A stretch of 64,000 bases of DNA, taken from an uncultured Candidatus Binatia bacterium. Lineage in GTDB: Bacteria > Desulfobacterota > Binatia > UBA9968 > JAJDTQ01. The notes beneath the pieces are model-generated. The model was not told the DNA's origin and searched no databases. It saw nothing but the letters and a program-made list of their open reading frames with translations. The position numbers were made by a program, and so were the translations under genes. Position 1 is the first letter of the stretch. Every line of letters begins with the position of its first letter. Of this stretch, positions 1 through 9,607 are shown in pieces. Where the stretch lies: positions 3,360,001-3,424,000 of the forward strand of contig OZ244070.1 of the NCBI GenBank assembly GCA_965215605.1. The letters are read 5' to 3'.

Positions 1-3000
1 CAACATACTTTGAGGCAAGTGTGTCTCGGCTCAGAGAGTAGTCCATTTCCTCAAGGAGTAGATCCCGTTGCTTCTGGTTCAATGTTACCAGGCCCAGCGA
101 ACGATCAGGACTCTCCCTCATGAATCGTAAAGCGGCATCAATCATCGTCCTGGCCTCTTCACCATTGGTGCCGGAGTGATATCTGCCCCGCACAGAGACC
201 AACTGGACCCCCATGTTGCGTCTTGACTCGGTAGCCGACGGAAACACAACAAGATCATCGTTGTAGATCATGTGGTTGGAAAATTTGATCAATCCGGAAT
301 GGCGAGAACGGTAGTGCCAGCGGAGGCGCCGTTTCGGCTTGAAGGCGGAATTGGCCATCTCCAATATGGATTCATCGAGAACAGTTTCGTCCTCGGTGTC
401 TTCGTCATCGATCATCTTTCGAAAGAAACTCGTGGGCGGCAGTTGGTTCGTGTCGCCCACCACCACTGCTTGATGGCTTCGCGCTAACGCGCCAATCGAA
501 TTCTCCGGAGGCATCTGCGACGCTTCATCGATGATGCATAGATCAAACTTCTGCTCACTGCGTGGTAGATACTGGGCAATCGCCAAGGGCGACATCATCC
601 AACACGGTTTCAACTCCAGCAATGCTCGACCTGATCGGGTAGTGAGGTCACGAACCGGCACATAGCGTTGTTTCTTTGATATCTCGTTCGCAAGAAGGGA
701 CATTTCGGTCCATGTTGATTTCGGGCCCACGCTTTCGCCATGCGGCGGTGTGGCCGATTCGTGCGCGATGGCCCGGAGGTGGGAACGTGCCATTCGGATG
801 ATTTCACGGTCCAGCGTGGCCAACTCCATCCGGAGATCATCGAGTCGCTTCCCGTGGAACCGTCGAAGGTCCTTCCCATGAATTCCGAAAATCTCGTTGG
901 TAAGGGCACGATGCACGACTGCCTCCAAAATTGCGCCAAGATTGTCCAAGGGGTAGTCCTCCGCAAGGAGAACACTCGCCAGCCAATCGAAACCCGCGTC
1001 CGCCAGTTCTTGACGTGCCGCGGCATAAACAGAGTGAAGGTAGAGCCCTTGTTTGTCTTCCGAAGCGTCTTTCAAGTATTTGGCAATTCCCGTCTGCGTC
1101 CTCTCGGAGGAGAAGCGGGAAGGGTTCATCCCCGTATGTTGGCAGAGTTGGGCGAGAACGGAGTCGGCACTACCGTCAGCATGAACCGCTGACTCCAGCG
1201 CATTGATGGCGGATTGGACTTCCCCTCGTTCCAGGATTTCAAGAGCACTATTCGCCGCGGGGCTGCGAATTGACGCAATAGCTTGCGCAGCCTGGATGTC
1301 AGTGCGCAATGATTTGCAATCGGTGGCGGCGCCATGGAAACGATTGCCGCAGAGATCTTTCATTTCTTGATTGCGATCCAGAGATGCCTTCAATTGTGAG
1401 TGATCTGATGCTTGTCGAGCAAGGTCGTCCAAGGACTCGACATTCACTGTACCGGGGTTCTTAAAGTCTTTGATCAGGCTTTCGAGGTGATCCAGTGTTT
1501 GCCGGAGGTTCCGCGCCAATAAGGTTCTTTGCGCGATGTCGGTTCCTAGCTGGTCAACGGTCTTGTGCGATGGCGTGTCGTCGATTTCGGGGATTGACAT
1601 CAAGAGATCGAGGTGTGCGGTTTTCAAGAACCATTTTTGGTCCCTTCCTTCAATGCCAGAAAATTGCTCGTCCACAACGTCATAGAATCTGCACAAGCGG
1701 TCGAAGGCTTCGAAGTCGGTATCTATGCCTTGGAAATGGAGCCCAAACACCGTAGACGCCTGTGGGTCGGTACAAAATCTCCGTTCCGTTTCCTTCCATT
1801 CAACGAGAGCCGCGATGTCGTCCACGGCCTGACTCCTATCAAATGCCGCCCGACGTGAAATGGAAAGGTAAAATCGTTTTGCCAAGCGATACTTTGAGGA
1901 CAAGAGCCGAAAGCGTCCCGCGCTTCGCAGTATTTCACCGTGAACAACCAGATCAGCAGTTGGCAGTGTTGTCGTGGAGAATATTGCATTGTGGAATTCG
2001 TCCCGTTGCCTTCGTAGATGTCTTCCCCGTCGGACCAAGCGTGACAACACAGCGGTTGCGACAGGATCTGCGGTGACTTCATCCCGAAGCGTTAAGATCT
2101 CGCGAGATGTTTGTTGGACTAGTTCTCGTGCTCGGATGATTTCGGGGATCATGAACGAGCCACCCTCGGCTGCAAGGTCTGCAAATTGGGCAAGCGTGTC
2201 ATGGGTGTTGTTCAGCCGAACCAAGAGGTCGGTCTCTTCATCGAGCCTTGATCGGAGCGTTACGGTATTGAGGGTCCTGATTCCGACGTCTTTGCATAGT
2301 GTTCTGATCTGACGCAACCGGTTGGGCAAGTCGGCATCTGCGGGATCCAAGAGTACTGTGGAAAGGTTCAGTTGTGCCGTTTGAAATCTTTCACACGCCT
2401 CAAGGTAATGGTTAGCGACGCCAATCTGTCTGTGCCGACAGAGCTTGCCGATTAGACCGACATCTAACGACTTGGTCGGCGGCAGTGCGGTTAGGACGGC
2501 CTTGAGCAGCCGCAGGTTAGCCAGGGGCGTTTCAGGGTTGACGTTGAAAGCGGCCAGTGCCTGCCGTGCTTGTACGGCTGCGAAGTAGGCGTCCGAGGCG
2601 GCTTCGGCGAGGTCGCATGTCTGTTCAACAACAAGACGATCGATGTTGACCAAGGCGTGACCCTGCCAATACGGCGGCGCAGAAATCGTGGCGCGCCAGG
2701 ACTCTTCCACTGCGTTGGCGATACGCCACAACGTCCTTATGTGCATTTCGTCATAGGAATCGATATCGGGAATTGCATGGGTTGCTATGACCTTGGGCTG
2801 TTTCAAGAGTACTTCATTTGCTGCGATGCCCCGTCCGATGATGTCGTGTATGGTACACCCGGTATTTCCGAACGAAGTGGAGAGGATGGCCATGTACTCT
2901 GCCAGTTCAGCTCTGGTCTGACGGAAAATCTCCACTTTACGGGCGTAGTCGGCGGCAGGCGCAGGTACACTCATCGCCACGCGGGCGCGTATTGACGCAA

Positions 3001-4414
3001 TGACGTTCTCTCGCGCGGACCGGTCGGCTTGGAGCGCAAGAATAAATTCTCCAAGCCCGATCGCTTCGAGGCGAGATTTCACCACATCAAGGGCCGCCGT
3101 CTTCTCCGCTACAAAAAGGACTTTTTTCCCAAGGGCGATTGCGGTTGCGATGGCATTGACAATTGTCTGGGACTTTCCTGTTCCGGGTGGACCTTCGATG
3201 GCGAGGTCGCGGCCGTCGGCGATGTCAATTAATGCGCTGAACTGGGAAGAGTCGGCGTCCATGACGAGGACGGGAACCTTTTTCTCAAGGGCCGGCTCGT
3301 CGACGTCGTATTCCTCCGGATAAAGGCTGGGACTCTGGCTCGGGATGCCCCCCAACAGCTTGCCAACCACAGTGCTTTGACCAAAACGATTCTGACTTGT
3401 GTCGAGATCGTGGTACATCGCCATGCGCGCTGACGGGAACACTCCAAAAGCAACTTGGCGACGCAACTGCCATTTGAGCGATTTCGGCGAGACTCTAGTG
3501 ACCTTGACAAGGTACTCTTCGATAGAGCCGCCTGTGTACGCTGGAATATCGATTCCAAAATCCTGGCGCAGTTTCTCCGCGAGAACTATATTGGTTTCGG
3601 CTCTGTCACCAGTGCCACGGACCCAGAACTCTGGCCCTGCGTGGGTCCTTTGTTTCTCGATCGCAACCTTCACGAGAACCAGCGGAGCAAGCGAACTCTC
3701 GTTCCCGTTCGAGTCGGTCCAATCCAGGAACCCGAAGGCAGCATGCAGGACATTGATTCCAGTTTCTTGAATCCATGTTCGGCACTTTGAATGGAGACTA
3801 CTTAACTTACGGTCCATGTCATCCGGTAAGAGCAAGGTCTGGATCGTGTCGTCCGCGTGGCGACCATCTGGGTTCGGTGTGTCTGGTTGGGGCAACTCGT
3901 AGGAGGGGGAGATATGGTTGTTCCTTGCGTGTTGTGGCAAGGAGACGTCGGATTTTGTCTGTCTTGCGGGCATAGCCAACAGTTCGCGAAGTTGGTCTTT
4001 GAGAGCCCGCTCCATCTGTCGGTGCTGCTCCAGGGCGGTATCGCTGTCTGTATTGATCGCATCAACTGCGGTCAAGTACGTCTCGTCCGTCAGTCTAGCT
4101 TCGGCTAGCGCGTCTTGGAAGACGGTTGTCCGCTCGTCGCGTGGATCGTCGTCCAGCGGCGGCAGCGAAATGAAACGCATCGGGTTCCCGTTTTCCAAGC
4201 TGTACCAGAGGACGTCCGGTAATTCGTCAACCACGCGGATGTGGGAGGCGGACCGAGGGGAGAATCTAGTCGAAATCAGGGGGTTGCGGCGACTGAAATC
4301 CAGAAGTTTGGGCCGGAGGCCTTCAATGCGAGACCTGACGAATTCCTGGAGCTCCGTGCCGACGGTCTCATCTGCGGGTTTAGGGCGCCCGAGCCAATCG
4401 GTTCCGTCGTTCAT
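1..4414 (-). CDS. Large DUF4011-domain superfamily-1 (DNA2/NAM7-like) helicase, Hhe-like putative antiphage protein; 3' end runs off the window
   Basis: Manual translation from ATG 4414 (preceded by GGAAGGGAGAG) appears open to the window edge, about 1471 codons. It has an N-terminal LLDFSRRNPL (DUF4011-like), Walker A GPPGTGKSQT, CWMMSP, IIDEASQ, VGDTNQLPP and LRWHYRS. The ORF track misses it because there is no stop in the window. Confidence 0.85.
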   Translation of the reverse strand, partial: MNDGTDWLGRPKPADETVGTELQEFVRSRIEGLRPKLLDFSRRNPLISTRFSPRSASHIRVVDELPDVLWYSLENGNPMRFISLPPLDDDPRDERTTVFQDALAEARLTDETYLTAVDAINTDSDTALEQHRQMERALKDQLRELLAMPARQTKSDVSLPQHARNNHISPSYELPQPDTPNPDGRHADDTIQTLLLPDDMDRKLSSLHSKCRTWIQETGINVLHAAFGFLDWTDSNGNESSLAPLVLVKVAIEKQRTHAGPEFWVRGTGDRAETNIVLAEKLRQDFGIDIPAYTGGSIEEYLVKVTRVSPKSLKWQLRRQVAFGVFPSARMAMYHDLDTSQNRFGQSTVVGKLLGGIPSQSPSLYPEEYDVDEPALEKKVPVLVMDADSSQFSALIDIADGRDLAIEGPPGTGKSQTIVNAIATAIALGKKVLFVAEKTAALDVVKSRLEAIGLGEFILALQADRSARENVIASIRARVAMSVPAPAADYARKVEIFRQTRAELAEYMAILSTSFGNTGCTIHDIIGRGIAANEVLLKQPKVIATHAIPDIDSYDEMHIRTLWRIANAVEESWRATISAPPYWQGHALVNIDRLVVEQTCDLAEAASDAYFAAVQARQALAAFNVNPETPLANLRLLKAVLTALPPTKSLDVGLIGKLCRHRQIGVANHYLEACERFQTAQLNLSTVLLDPADADLPNRLRQIRTLCKDVGIRTLNTVTLRSRLDEETDLLVRLNNTHDTLAQFADLAAEGGSFMIPEIIRARELVQQTSREILTLRDEVTADPVATAVLSRLVRRGRHLRRQRDEFHNAIFSTTTLPTADLVVHGEILRSAGRFRLLSSKYRLAKRFYLSISRRAAFDRSQAVDDIAALVEWKETERRFCTDPQASTVFGLHFQGIDTDFEAFDRLCRFYDVVDEQFSGIEGRDQKWFLKTAHLDLLMSIPEIDDTPSHKTVDQLGTDIAQRTLLARNLRQTLDHLESLIKDFKNPGTVNVESLDDLARQASDHSQLKASLDRNQEMKDLCGNRFHGAATDCKSLRTDIQAAQAIASIRSPAANSALEILERGEVQSAINALESAVHADGSADSVLAQLCQHTGMNPSRFSSERTQTGIAKYLKDASEDKQGLYLHSVYAAARQELADAGFDWLASVLLAEDYPLDNLGAILEAVVHRALTNEIFGIHGKDLRRFHGKRLDDLRMELATLDREIIRMARSHLRAIAHESATPPHGESVGPKSTWTEMSLLANEISKKQRYVPVRDLTTRSGRALLELKPCWMMSPLAIAQYLPRSEQKFDLCIIDEASQMPPENSIGALARSHQAVVVGDTNQLPPTSFFRKMIDDEDTEDETVLDESILEMANSAFKPKRRLRWHYRSRHSGLIKFSNHMIYNDDLVVFPSATESRRNMGVQLVSVRGRYHSGTNGEEARTMIDAALRFMRESPDRSLGLVTLNQKQRDLLLEEMDYSLSRDTLASKYV

Positions 4415-4860
4415 GCTCTCCCTTCCAAGATGGGAACAGTTGTTTTCTATAAGGAAAATCATTGGGGAAAGCCAATTGTCAATGGCAACGCTACTCAGCG
4501 TTCCTGCCTCTGGGCGTAATGGGTTAACGGGGCCCTTGACACGACAGCGGGTAAGGAAAGGATGAGCCGCCGGGGTAGTCGCTCGCGACTAGTGGTTGGA
4601 CAGTTCGGGGAAGATACTTCCAGCCATGGACAGGTATATGATGGGTTGGAAATCAGGATGACGCGGCCACAGCGTCGTTCGAGTTTTTCGGATCAACTCG
4701 GTCTTCGCGTAAGTGAGCGGAATCTAACCCATGGCGACCACACCGTGCAGAGGCAGCATCTACTTGGCGTCTTGAGTTCAGGATGGTGAATCCGGTTGTT
4801 CCTTATTCGGTCCTCGTCCTGGAAAATAGTCCTCGTGTTTCGATCAGAGTGTCGACTGAC

Positions 4861-5208
4861 TCAAGATTGGTGCGGACCCAGGAGGACGGCCAGCTTCTCC
4901 AACACCTCGGCAATTACCTGCGGTGGGGCCTGCGCCTCGAAACGAATCCGTCGTGCCCGCCAGTCCATGCTCTTGACCTGGTCGGCCAGGACGACACCGG
5001 TGACGTTTCCTCCCGGTGGGAGCGGCACCTCAAAGGGATAGCCTTTGACCCTGGACGTGATGGGACAGAGCAACGCCAAACTCGTCCTCCCGTTATAGCC
5101 ACGCGGACTCAGGATCAGGGCAGGCCGGCGTCCGGCTTGCTCGTGCCCGGCCTGAGGACTGAAGGTGAGCCATACGATGTCCCCGGCCCCTGGGACATGC
5201 TCTACCAT
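4861..5208 (-). CDS. mazF: MazF/PemK family endoribonuclease toxin
   Basis: GDIVWLTFSPQAGHEQAGRRPAL, CPITS and DQVKSMDW motifs; overlaps the antitoxin gene. Confidence 0.93.
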   Translation of the reverse strand: MVEHVPGAGDIVWLTFSPQAGHEQAGRRPALILSPRGYNGRTSLALLCPITSRVKGYPFEVPLPPGGNVTGVVLADQVKSMDWRARRIRFEAQAPPQVIAEVLEKLAVLLGPHQS

Positions 5209-5441
5209 TCCTCGTTGCCTTGTGGCGGGCCGGTCTCCGTTTCCGGATGAAGGTTGTCATCCGTAATCTCGGCGAGCATGTCGGCAAGATTGTAGGTCGC
5301 CTTGCGGATGACGATTCGGTCGCCGCGCGGAACCAGTTCGATGGCGGAGCCTTCACGGACCCCCCATTGCTCAGCGATGGGTTTGGGGATGCGGACGGCC
5401 AGGCTGGCGCCCCATTTGGCGATATGCGACTTGGCACCCAT
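5202..5441 (-). CDS. mazE: MazE/AbrB-type antitoxin
   Basis: KWGASLAVRIP AbrB fold and C-terminal GNEEW; directly upstream of mazF. Confidence 0.92.
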   Translation of the reverse strand: MGAKSHIAKWGASLAVRIPKPIAEQWGVREGSAIELVPRGDRIVIRKATYNLADMLAEITDDNLHPETETGPPQGNEEW

Positions 5442-5460
5442 ATCGACGATCCTCCTCGGA

Positions 5461-5492
5461 ATCTATATTAGATAGTTCTGAGGAGTTTGCAA
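5461..5492 (-). promoter_or_regulatory. Putative mazEF promoter/operator
   Basis: Minus-strand TTGCAA-16nt-TAATAT overlapping the AT-rich inverted repeat ATCTA-tat-TAGAT (5461-5473). Confidence 0.4.
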
Positions 5493-5527
5493 GAACAAGT
5501 CTGAACTAAACCGCTCGCGGTGGCGGT

Positions 5528-5920
5528 TCAGTCCGGCAGCACCACGATCGCCTCGATTTCCACCAGAAAATCGGGATTGGCCAGCCCGGCCGCCACCACC
5601 AGGGTGCTGGCGGGCGGGTTGTCGCCCATGTACTTGAGCCGCGCCGGGTTCAGGGCGTCCCGGAACCGCGGGTCGGTGATGTAGGTGGTGATCTTGACGA
5701 TGTCGCCGAACCCGGCTCCGGCCTCGTCGAGGACGGACTTCATGTTCTTGAGGACCTGCTCGGCCTGGGCCGCGGCGTCGCCCTTGCCGACGATGTTGCC
5801 GTCGGCGTCCACGGCGGTCTGGCCGGCGATGAAGAGCAGGCGTTTCCCCTCGGCGATGATGCCTTGCGAGTAACGCGGCCGCGGATCGGGTATGCTCCCG
5901 GGCTGCAGGATTTTCCTCAT
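5528..5920 (-). CDS. RidA/YjgF family enamine-imine deaminase
   Basis: YSQG, LFIAGQ, PASTLV and LVEIEA motifs; 130 aa. Confidence 0.9.
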   Translation of the reverse strand: MRKILQPGSIPDPRPRYSQGIIAEGKRLLFIAGQTAVDADGNIVGKGDAAAQAEQVLKNMKSVLDEAGAGFGDIVKITTYITDPRFRDALNPARLKYMGDNPPASTLVVAAGLANPDFLVEIEAIVVLPD

Positions 5921-5943
5921 GGTTGCCTCCTTTGTGACGGGTA

Positions 5944-8367
5944 TCAGCGGTAGAGGTGTTCGTCGTCCACCAACGTCTTGGGCTTGCGGATCTGGGGCGT
6001 CAGGGACGGCAGTCCGGAACGCGCCCGGAACAGGAAGTCCACGGGGATGTACTCCTTCAGGAACGGGACCGGCGTCCGCACGCCGGCGTAGGGGCTGACG
6101 GCGTCGTTGCCGATGACCAGCTCGTCGGCGAGAAAGGACTTCGGCACATCCGTGCGCATGCTGATTCCGGAGGTCGTGACGCTGCCCTGCACGACGGGCA
6201 GTCCGTGGCGGTCGGTCTCCTTCTTGCTCAACAGCTCGTGGTCGATGATCGGCGATTCCGGGTCCGCGCCACGGCCGGTCCGCCGGATGAACGCCAGGTC
6301 GGCAGAGTCCGGGTGGCGGTCCGGCGCTTCGAACCGCATCAGACGGGACCGGAAGTCTTCGATGCCGTCCGTGTCGTCCTTGGCGCCCAGCCTGGCGAAC
6401 TCGTAGTGCCTGTCGCGCAGCAGGATTTCCAGGTTGTGGATCCGCTCCGGTGCCACGGAGCGGGTGAGGGTGCGCGTCCCTCGCGGGGTGTCGTAGTGCA
6501 GCAAGATGGTGTTGCGGCCGAGGATGTTGAGGCCGGCCTCCGCCAGCTCCATGTTGTGGACGTTGCCGTCGAAAAGCGTGGTCTTGAGTCCCAGGCCCCG
6601 GACTCCGTAGAGTTGCGGGTTCTCGGTGAGGAACCGTTTGCTGAGCCTCAGGCCCCGACTCTCCGGAGCGGCCAGCCCGGCCAGTTTCACCCTGGCCTGC
6701 TCTCCGGCCGGGGTGTCGGGGTAATATTGCAGAATCGTGGCGTACAGGGTCCGTTGCCGCGCCTTCTTGCCCGTCTGTTCGGCCGCCGTCAACAAGGTTT
6801 GTCCGGCCTCTTTCTCAAGTTCCTGAATTTCTTCCGCCGGAACATTGCCGGACAACCGGTAGTAGTGCAGCGCTTTGTGGGGGTGTCCCTTGCTTTCGTA
6901 GGCTTCCCCCAGCACTTCGTAGACGTCCCCGGACTTCTCGGAGCCGGGACGGGCCCGGACGTAGCCCGCGGCGGCGTCGATCACCGTCTGGTTCGACACC
7001 GGATTGCCGCTGAGAAGCTCCAGCAGGTTGCTGCTCACCATCAGGACGTTGGCGGTGCCCAGGGTGGTGGCTCCGGCGACACCGTGCGTAATGACCGGCG
7101 CCGCTCCGATGACGGCGTTCTTCTCCAGGAAGTCTTCTCCGAACAGGACGAACCGCACCTTGTCCATGCGATGCCCCGAGCGGGCGCGGTCGACGACCCG
7201 CAGCATGTTGTACTCCGGGCTGTTCAGCAGGGTACGCGCCCGCCCTCGCTCCCGCCACGAGGGCGCGCTCCGCGCGATCTCGGTCAGCATCCGTTTCGCG
7301 TCCTCGTGCCGTCCGTCGAGTTCCAGGGCCACGGCCCGGGAGTCCTTGGCCAGGGCCCCCAGAGGTTCGTCCGCGTATCGGTCCGCCATGACGCTCGCTT
7401 GTTTTTCGGTCTTCGCGGGATCCCTCCTGACCAGGGCGTAGAGCAATGCCTGGATCTCGGTCCGTTGTTCCGGCGTGGCGCCGGACAGGTTGTCGCCTTC
7501 GGCCACCGAGAGCAGCTCGCGCCGGTTCTCCCTCTCGGTCTCACGGGCCGCCTCGACCTCCCGGAACCGTTCCACCACGTCTTCCGCCTCGGCGTCCGCC
7601 ACGGCGGCGAGACGGACGTGCAACTCCGCCTCCTCGACCCTGCCCTCGTCGAGCGCCTTGTCGGCCTGTTCCAGTTGTCGATGTATCCAGGCGTCCCTCT
7701 TCTTCGTTCGAAGGACCGCCGCCGTCTCCGCCGCCTCGGCGCTTCCCGGGTGGTCGGGGAACCGGTCCAGGAAGCGTTCGTACAGTACCAGGGCCTTGCG
7801 CTCGGTCTCCGGCATGTACGGCGTCTGCGTCCGCCGCATCTCCGCGTAGGCGGTCTCGAAGGCGGCAGCGGCGTACGAGCCCGAAGCCAGCCGGAAGATG
7901 TCCATGGCCCCCAGCAGCCGGTTCAGGAACCCGCTCCATCGGCCGACATCGTTCTCGGCCAGCAATTCCTCCGCCTGTTCCAGATGGCTCGCGGCGCCGG
8001 GGAAGGTTTCCGCCAGGGCCTCCTCTTCCTCCTGGCCGGCGGAATCGCCGGGCGAGAGCCCTCTCACCGGTCCGGCCAGTCCGGTTGGCTCGGCGCCCCG
8101 CGCCGCCCGTTCCTTGTCCGCCTCTTTCAGAAAGCGGACATGCCCGGGAAGTTGCTCGGTCCGCCGGAGCAGGGTGTCGACGATGGCCCGGCGCGTGCGC
8201 CGCTCGATCGCGTCGGGAAAGTACCTCTCGGCCGTAACGGTTTTCTCGAACGGGTCGAAGTCCCGCGTCGGATCCAGAATTCGCTCGATGGGAACCCCGG
8301 ATGCCTGCGCGGCGGCGGAGCCCGGCAGTGCCAGAAGGATAAAGAGCAGCCATGCGCCGTACTTCAT
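5944..8367 (-). CDS. Large exported TPR-like hypothetical protein (about 807 aa)
   Basis: Likely start MKYGAWLLFILLALPGSAAAQ (signal peptide) at 8367, overlapping the upstream stop (ATGA). Helical TPR-like segments such as ERFLDRFPDHP and ILQYYPDTPA. Confidence 0.75.
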   Translation of the reverse strand: MKYGAWLLFILLALPGSAAAQASGVPIERILDPTRDFDPFEKTVTAERYFPDAIERRTRRAIVDTLLRRTEQLPGHVRFLKEADKERAARGAEPTGLAGPVRGLSPGDSAGQEEEEALAETFPGAASHLEQAEELLAENDVGRWSGFLNRLLGAMDIFRLASGSYAAAAFETAYAEMRRTQTPYMPETERKALVLYERFLDRFPDHPGSAEAAETAAVLRTKKRDAWIHRQLEQADKALDEGRVEEAELHVRLAAVADAEAEDVVERFREVEAARETERENRRELLSVAEGDNLSGATPEQRTEIQALLYALVRRDPAKTEKQASVMADRYADEPLGALAKDSRAVALELDGRHEDAKRMLTEIARSAPSWRERGRARTLLNSPEYNMLRVVDRARSGHRMDKVRFVLFGEDFLEKNAVIGAAPVITHGVAGATTLGTANVLMVSSNLLELLSGNPVSNQTVIDAAAGYVRARPGSEKSGDVYEVLGEAYESKGHPHKALHYYRLSGNVPAEEIQELEKEAGQTLLTAAEQTGKKARQRTLYATILQYYPDTPAGEQARVKLAGLAAPESRGLRLSKRFLTENPQLYGVRGLGLKTTLFDGNVHNMELAEAGLNILGRNTILLHYDTPRGTRTLTRSVAPERIHNLEILLRDRHYEFARLGAKDDTDGIEDFRSRLMRFEAPDRHPDSADLAFIRRTGRGADPESPIIDHELLSKKETDRHGLPVVQGSVTTSGISMRTDVPKSFLADELVIGNDAVSPYAGVRTPVPFLKEYIPVDFLFRARSGLPSLTPQIRKPKTLVDDEHLYR

Positions 8368-9281
8368 CGGTTCCGTCTCCTGATCCCCTGCATCAGGCCC
8401 TTCAACGCCTCGATCTTGCCGTTGGCTTCGAGCTTCTCCGGCGCGCCGTCCTGCTGGGCCACTTCCGCGTAGAGCTCCATGGCGGACTGCGCCAGTTCCT
8501 CGAAGGTTCCCATGTCGAAATCGAGGCCCTCCGGGTCGTTTCGGATGGAATACTCCTTGGCCAGGGTCACGTAATAGTCGCCGAAGTCCAGTTTGTGGCG
8601 ATGGTAGTTCTTGCTCTGTGCATGCCTGGACAGGAGTTCGCTGTAGCCCGCGATCACGAGCTCGTTGCCGTCGTTCATGCGGTGGCGGTTGAGTTCCACG
8701 AACGCTACCTTGGCGCGGTCGGTGCGTTCCGCCTCCACCCGCGCCAGAAATGCCAGCGGCGTTCCCTCGTGTTGCCGGATCAACGCGAGCCATGCCAGCC
8801 ACACATCGTCCAACGCCTCGATATACTTGAACGGATCGTCTTTGGGAAGGGCGGCGCCGGTGATGCGCCGGAACGTTTTCAGCGCGTCGAGATGGCGCCT
8901 TGCCGGCGCCGCCAGCTCCCCGCCGGCCCGGACCACGACCTGGTAGCGGCGGACGGCGCGGTCATAGTGTCCGAGACGTTCGTACGCGCTGGCTCGGGTG
9001 AACTCGACGATGTCCTTGTATCCATCCCCGTGCTTGCGCTCAAAGTCGTCCAGCCTCAATAGCGTCGCCTTCAGGATGTTGGTCCCGGTGACGTCCTTGG
9101 GGGTTTCGAACCGGTAGACGTTCTCGCGCGACAGCCGCTGAAACTCGTTGATGATCTCGAGCAGGTTCGCGGGTTGCACATAGCGAGGGTCCGGCTCCTG
9201 CGTGCGCGAGCAGGCAGCCGTGAGGAGAAGGGCCAACAGGCACGCGGCCGCTACGACTTTGTGGTGATGAGAGAATAGCAC
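8364..9281 (-). CDS. Putative lipoprotein with TPR-like helices
   Basis: GTG start near 9281, lipobox-like LLLTAAC-S, and ASAYERLGHYDRAV TPR-like segment. Confidence 0.7.
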   Translation of the reverse strand: MLFSHHHKVVAAACLLALLLTAACSRTQEPDPRYVQPANLLEIINEFQRLSRENVYRFETPKDVTGTNILKATLLRLDDFERKHGDGYKDIVEFTRASAYERLGHYDRAVRRYQVVVRAGGELAAPARRHLDALKTFRRITGAALPKDDPFKYIEALDDVWLAWLALIRQHEGTPLAFLARVEAERTDRAKVAFVELNRHRMNDGNELVIAGYSELLSRHAQSKNYHRHKLDFGDYYVTLAKEYSIRNDPEGLDFDMGTFEELAQSAMELYAEVAQQDGAPEKLEANGKIEALKGLMQGIRRRNR

Positions 9282-9607
9282 AGGATCAGCTCGTCCCCTT
9301 CGGCCGCGAAGTCGTGGGGAACGCCCCTGGGAATATGACACAGCATGCCGGGCCGGAGTTGCGTGACCGCTCCGGAAATGCGCAGCCGGCCGTGTCCCCG
9401 GAGCACGTGGCAGACCACGTCCTTGCCGTCGTGGACGATCTGCTTCGGGTCGGTTGTCGCGGTGGCGTTGAAGGAGACCAGTCCGACGTCGAAGCCGTCG
9501 CCCTTGAAGCAGCTCCGGTGTCGGATCTCGGAGTTGACCTCGGCGAGCTCGGTGAGCGCCGCGTCGATGCTCACCACCTTCAGGGCGCGCGAAGAGGGAT
9601 CGGACAC
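9251..9607 (-). CDS. Cupin domain protein
   Basis: Cupin motifs H..KDVVCHVLRGHG and PG..CHIPRGVPHDF. Confidence 0.8.
   Translation of the reverse strand: MSDPSSRALKVVSIDAALTELAEVNSEIRHRSCFKGDGFDVGLVSFNATATTDPKQIVHDGKDVVCHVLRGHGRLRISGAVTQLRPGMLCHIPRGVPHDFAAEGDELILCYSLITTKS

Noticed and set aside
272-4565. Many short + strand ORFs in the first 4.5 kb
   Set aside because: They are antisense shadows of the long minus-strand helicase.
4415-4860. Possible small gene or att site between the helicase and mazF
   Set aside because: No recognisable motif, tRNA or direct repeat seen.
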